From Chrysomallon squamiferum (lineage: Eukaryota; Animalia; Mollusca): DNA of 64,000 bases. The notes below the pieces were generated by a model that was not told where the DNA came from, did not search any database, and was given only the letters and a program-made list of their open reading frames with translations. Below are positions 60,282 through 64,000 of this stretch, piece after piece. The stretch's first letter is position 1; each line of letters opens with the position of its first letter. The stretch spans positions 11,408,001-11,472,000 of the forward strand of contig CM022675.1 of assembly GCA_012295275.1 (NCBI GenBank), in the 5' to 3' direction. The position numbers and the translations under genes were made by a program.

Positions 60282-60894
60282 TTATTAATTAACTAGTGAT
60301 TAATCGGGAATTTTTTAATTTTTATGTGAGTGGTTTGTAAATATATCTGTAACAAAAGGAAAGATAAAAGGAAAAGGAACACACCAAATTTTTTTAAAAA
60401 TAATAATTAAAATGAAATAAACAAATAAGGAAAACAAAGTAAGAAAATTAAGAAGGAAAGAAAATAAAACGAACAAATAATACTAGCAAATATATAAAAT
60501 AAAATAAAATAAGTAAAACAAAATCAAATCAAATCAGATACAAAAATACAAAAATTAAATAAACAAAAAAAACAAACAAACCCCCCCCCCGAAAAAACAA
60601 CAACAATCAAATAAACGAACTGAAAACAAACTTAAATTCGAAATACCTAACAAGCAGAGATAAACCATATTTCTCTATCAACTCAGACTAACGTGTACAA
60701 ACACAGATACCTTACCAAACTTCCCCAGCTGTTGTATTAGTCAATTTATATTTTCTCAGCGAGTTTTAACAATCTTTGTAACAGGAAAAAGAGCCACATG
60801 CAATGTAAACAGCGTGAAAGCTTTCCACCCAATCACTTCACCGTTTGATTTCTGATATTTTATACAGTTAGCAGCATCACTGCTTTGTATCATA

Positions 60895-61611
60895 ATAACT
60901 ACACTACTACTACTACTACTACTGTTAGTACAACATCTACTACTACTACAACTATTACAGAATTACTATTACTGCTAGTACAACAACAACTATTACTACT
61001 ACTACTACTACTACTTCCAAAAATGTAATTACTACACTACTACTACTACTACTTCCAAAAATGTAATTACTAGATTACTACTACTGTTATTACTGCTATT
61101 TTTGTTAGTACAACATCACACAACAATTACTACTACTATTCTGAATAACGTAATTACTTCTACTATTTTTGTTAGTACTAGTACAGCTACTACTGCCTCT
61201 ACTAGTTCTTGCAACACGCTACTGCTACTACTACATCTGCTTCAACTACCACTACTGCTACCATTTCTGCTAATACTAAAATAAATACTAATATTATTTT
61301 CAACAGTTTTACTACCACTAGTCCTATTAATGCTACTACTACTTCTATTACTACTGCTGTTACATTCATTCTTATTTCAATTAATGGTATGAATTCTAGA
61401 AATAATACAATTGTAACTGCTATTATTGCATCTTAGATAAAAACAACAACAACAACACTAATAATAATAATAATAATAATAGTGGTCATGTTTGTAGTAC
61501 TAACAGTAACCAGTAATAATATCAATAACAATAATAATAATAATAATAACAACAAAAGCAGTAGCAGTAATAGCAGTAGTAATAATAACAGTAATAGTAA
61601 TAACAACAGCA

Positions 61612-61653
<42 letters not shown>

Positions 61654-61655
61654 GA
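60895..61655. repeat. Degenerate (ACT)n/(AAT)n low-complexity region
   Basis: Directly visible; includes a duplicated CTACTTCCAAAAATGTAATTACTA. Confidence 0.85.
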
Positions 61656-62604
61656 AGTAATTTCTGCAGAAATACCAGTGGTAGTTGTAGAAATCATTTC
61701 AGCAGTAAAAATACTGCTACTAAAATTAACAGGTGCACAGTACAAGATACTTAACAGTGAGTAATACTTGCAGCTGCGTATACACTATTCACAGTTTACT
61801 TGTAAAAACGAACAATAAAAACTGGTCCCACGCAGATTCAAGCAGACTGAACTTGTACACTACTTTATGCATTATACCGTGTACGAATAAAATGCACTAA
61901 TACCGACAATAACAAGCATACAAACAAAAAAAAAAAAAAAAAAATTCCAGAATCCACACACTGTACCAAATCACCCAGATTTATTTTTACATCGGTTTTT
62001 ATGAAATTAATACCATAAAATATCACCGCTGGAATGAGTGATGACAATCAGATTTGATTAATTTTCACTCATTTTATTAGCGAAAAATTATACTCGGACC
62101 TCGCCCTGTTTCAACAGTGGCGTGGTTCCGCAGTTCGAGTCGAGTTTGGCGTCGAGCCCACAGCGGATGAAGGAATAAACGTGAATAAATTAATTTGATC
62201 AACAAACGTTGGATGTATTTTTAATACGAGGGCAATTAAATAACACAGTGGATTGGATTTAATAAACATAAACGCCTGGGAAAGTTGGAGTTTGTAATGA
62301 AAAAAAAAAAAAAAAAAAAAAAATAACGGATAAAAAAAAAAATCGTTCGGCCCGGATTTCACTGTTTTCGCGTGTTCATTAAAAACGCACGTTTTTCACG
62401 CTTCACTGCAAGCGTACAGCGACAGAATGGATTGTGATGAGAGGAGCATTGTGTGCCGCGTTCACGAGAGAGCGTGCAAAACATGACAATAATAGCTGTA
62501 ATAACAGTAATAGTAGTAATAATAATGGTAATAGTAATAATAATAATAATAATGGGAGAAGATTTTGTTTATGTTCAGTGAGAACTCTGGATATGTAATA
62601 CTTA

Positions 62605-62651
<47 letters not shown>

Positions 62652-62779
62652 ACACACACACACACACATTCTCTATTTGTCTCAAAACAACCTTTAATTA
62701 AAAGAGAATGTTTTCATGTACTGTAAAACAATTTTTGTTTTCTTCTTTCATCCATGTGTTTTGTTTATGTATGTATGTA

Positions 62780-62816
<37 letters not shown>

Positions 62817-62979
62817 GAATATGGTGCAGAAGTAGTAACAGTAACGACAGTACTAGTAGTAGTAGTAGTAGTAATAGTAATTGTTGTTTTCTCTTTTTAT
62901 TTTTCTTGTTCTAGCAGAAACAGTAAAATTATTTTTAAAAACCCACAACAAACACATCATACTATCAAAGAAGCATGCA

Positions 62980-63760
62980 GCTTTGATTCGCCCGCTTCCT
63001 TCAGTCACGTGACAACAACATGGCCGCCTCAGTCAACACGTGTACTCAAAAAAATACCACCTTTTTTCGTAACGCAAAAAAAAAAAAAAAAAAAAAAAAA
63101 TCTACTTCTCCAAAGTCCCCGAACCCTCTGACTCCTCTCAACCCACCTTGGACTCTCCAACCCTCCCCCAACACACCCACACACCCCCACACTCACTCCT
63201 AGGAAGAAGAGAGAGAGAGAGAGAGAGCGCGCACAGACAAACAGCTTAAAAACTCGCCCAAACGGAACGAATGATTGCTAGTTGGTTGCGCGCGTAAAAG
63301 GAAGCGGGTTTTAACACGGCCGAAATGAAGCCAGCGAACCCAAGCGGGGACTCACGCTACCGTTGTAGACCGTCATCTGCGAAAAAAAAAAAACGACGTC
63401 AACGTCGCGAACTCGTACGGAACTCGCGGAAAAAAAAAAATTTTTTAGATGAAATTTCAGTCTCCGTTATCGCGCGAACGTGGTTCGGCTATTTTCGGCG
63501 ACGAATCCGTCATCGGAAGCGAGGCTTCGCGCGCGATAATGGACGTTTCTCACTCGCTTTCGCAATCGCTCGACGCTGACTGATGTACGGCTTTCGGACG
63601 CGGTAATGTTCGCGTCTGCCGCAGCCCGGCTCGTTTGATCCTGCTTGAAAGAATAACTCTTCAGCGATATCGTTTTGCAAGAATAAAAAAAAAAAAAAAA
63701 AAAAAAGAAGAAGAAGAAGAAGGTGTGGATTTTAGGGGAGCTGGGGTCTGGGAGAGGGGG
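62980..63760. promoter_or_regulatory. CpG-island-like promoter/5' region
   Basis: ETS-like CCCGCTTCCT at 62991-63000 with its exact reverse complement at 63299-63308; GTCACGTGAC at 63004-63013; YY1-like AACATGGCCGCC at about 63017-63028; CACGTG at about 63037; very dense CpG at 63230-63670; G4 motifs at both edges. Confidence 0.5.
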
Positions 63761-64000
63761 ATATCTAGTGGAAAGAAGGATCTTGTTTTTTTTTTTTTTT
63801 TTTTTGGAGGAAAAAGATAAAATCTTGTATTTAAGGGTGTTGTAAATTGTTGTTGATTACAAATCGTGAATTTAAAGGGAGATAATTGAGAACCAAAAGA
63901 GAAAAGAAATCTTTAATTTAAGATACATGTGAATCATGAAAGAGATAATATTATAAGTATGTGGGCAATAAGATTTATATATAGATATAGATAGATATAC

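Overview
AT-rich eukaryotic (animal) genomic DNA, apparently entirely non-coding. Long microsatellite and homopolymer tracts ((AG)n, (AAT)n, (ACT)n, (AT)n, (ACAT)n, (AGAT)n, polyA/T) alternate with roughly twenty 0.2-0.8 kb islands of unique, CpG-retaining sequence. The repeat density resembles SSR-rich invertebrates such as octopod cephalopods or penaeid shrimp, but that is an inference from style only. No ORF in the track looks like a real protein; almost all are translated microsatellites. I found no tRNA, rRNA, recognisable miRNA, CRISPR array or transposase. Structures directly visible in the sequence: a perfect 36-bp-arm inverted repeat (978-1057), a 29-bp minisatellite with a possible 10-unit higher-order repeat and an inverted outlier copy (37535-38170), a 65-bp x3 tandem repeat with an internal hairpin (57069-57269), and several local duplications. 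The unique islands carry cis-regulatory signatures: six full CRE palindromes, a triplicated TGATTTACTTCCTG composite motif at about 48.0 kb, a classical promoter layout at 31.6-31.9 kb, and a CpG-rich promoter-like region flanked by opposite-strand G-quadruplex motifs at 63.0-63.8 kb. The best reading is a gene desert or large intron acting as a regulatory landscape. I cannot support a novel protein-coding system here.
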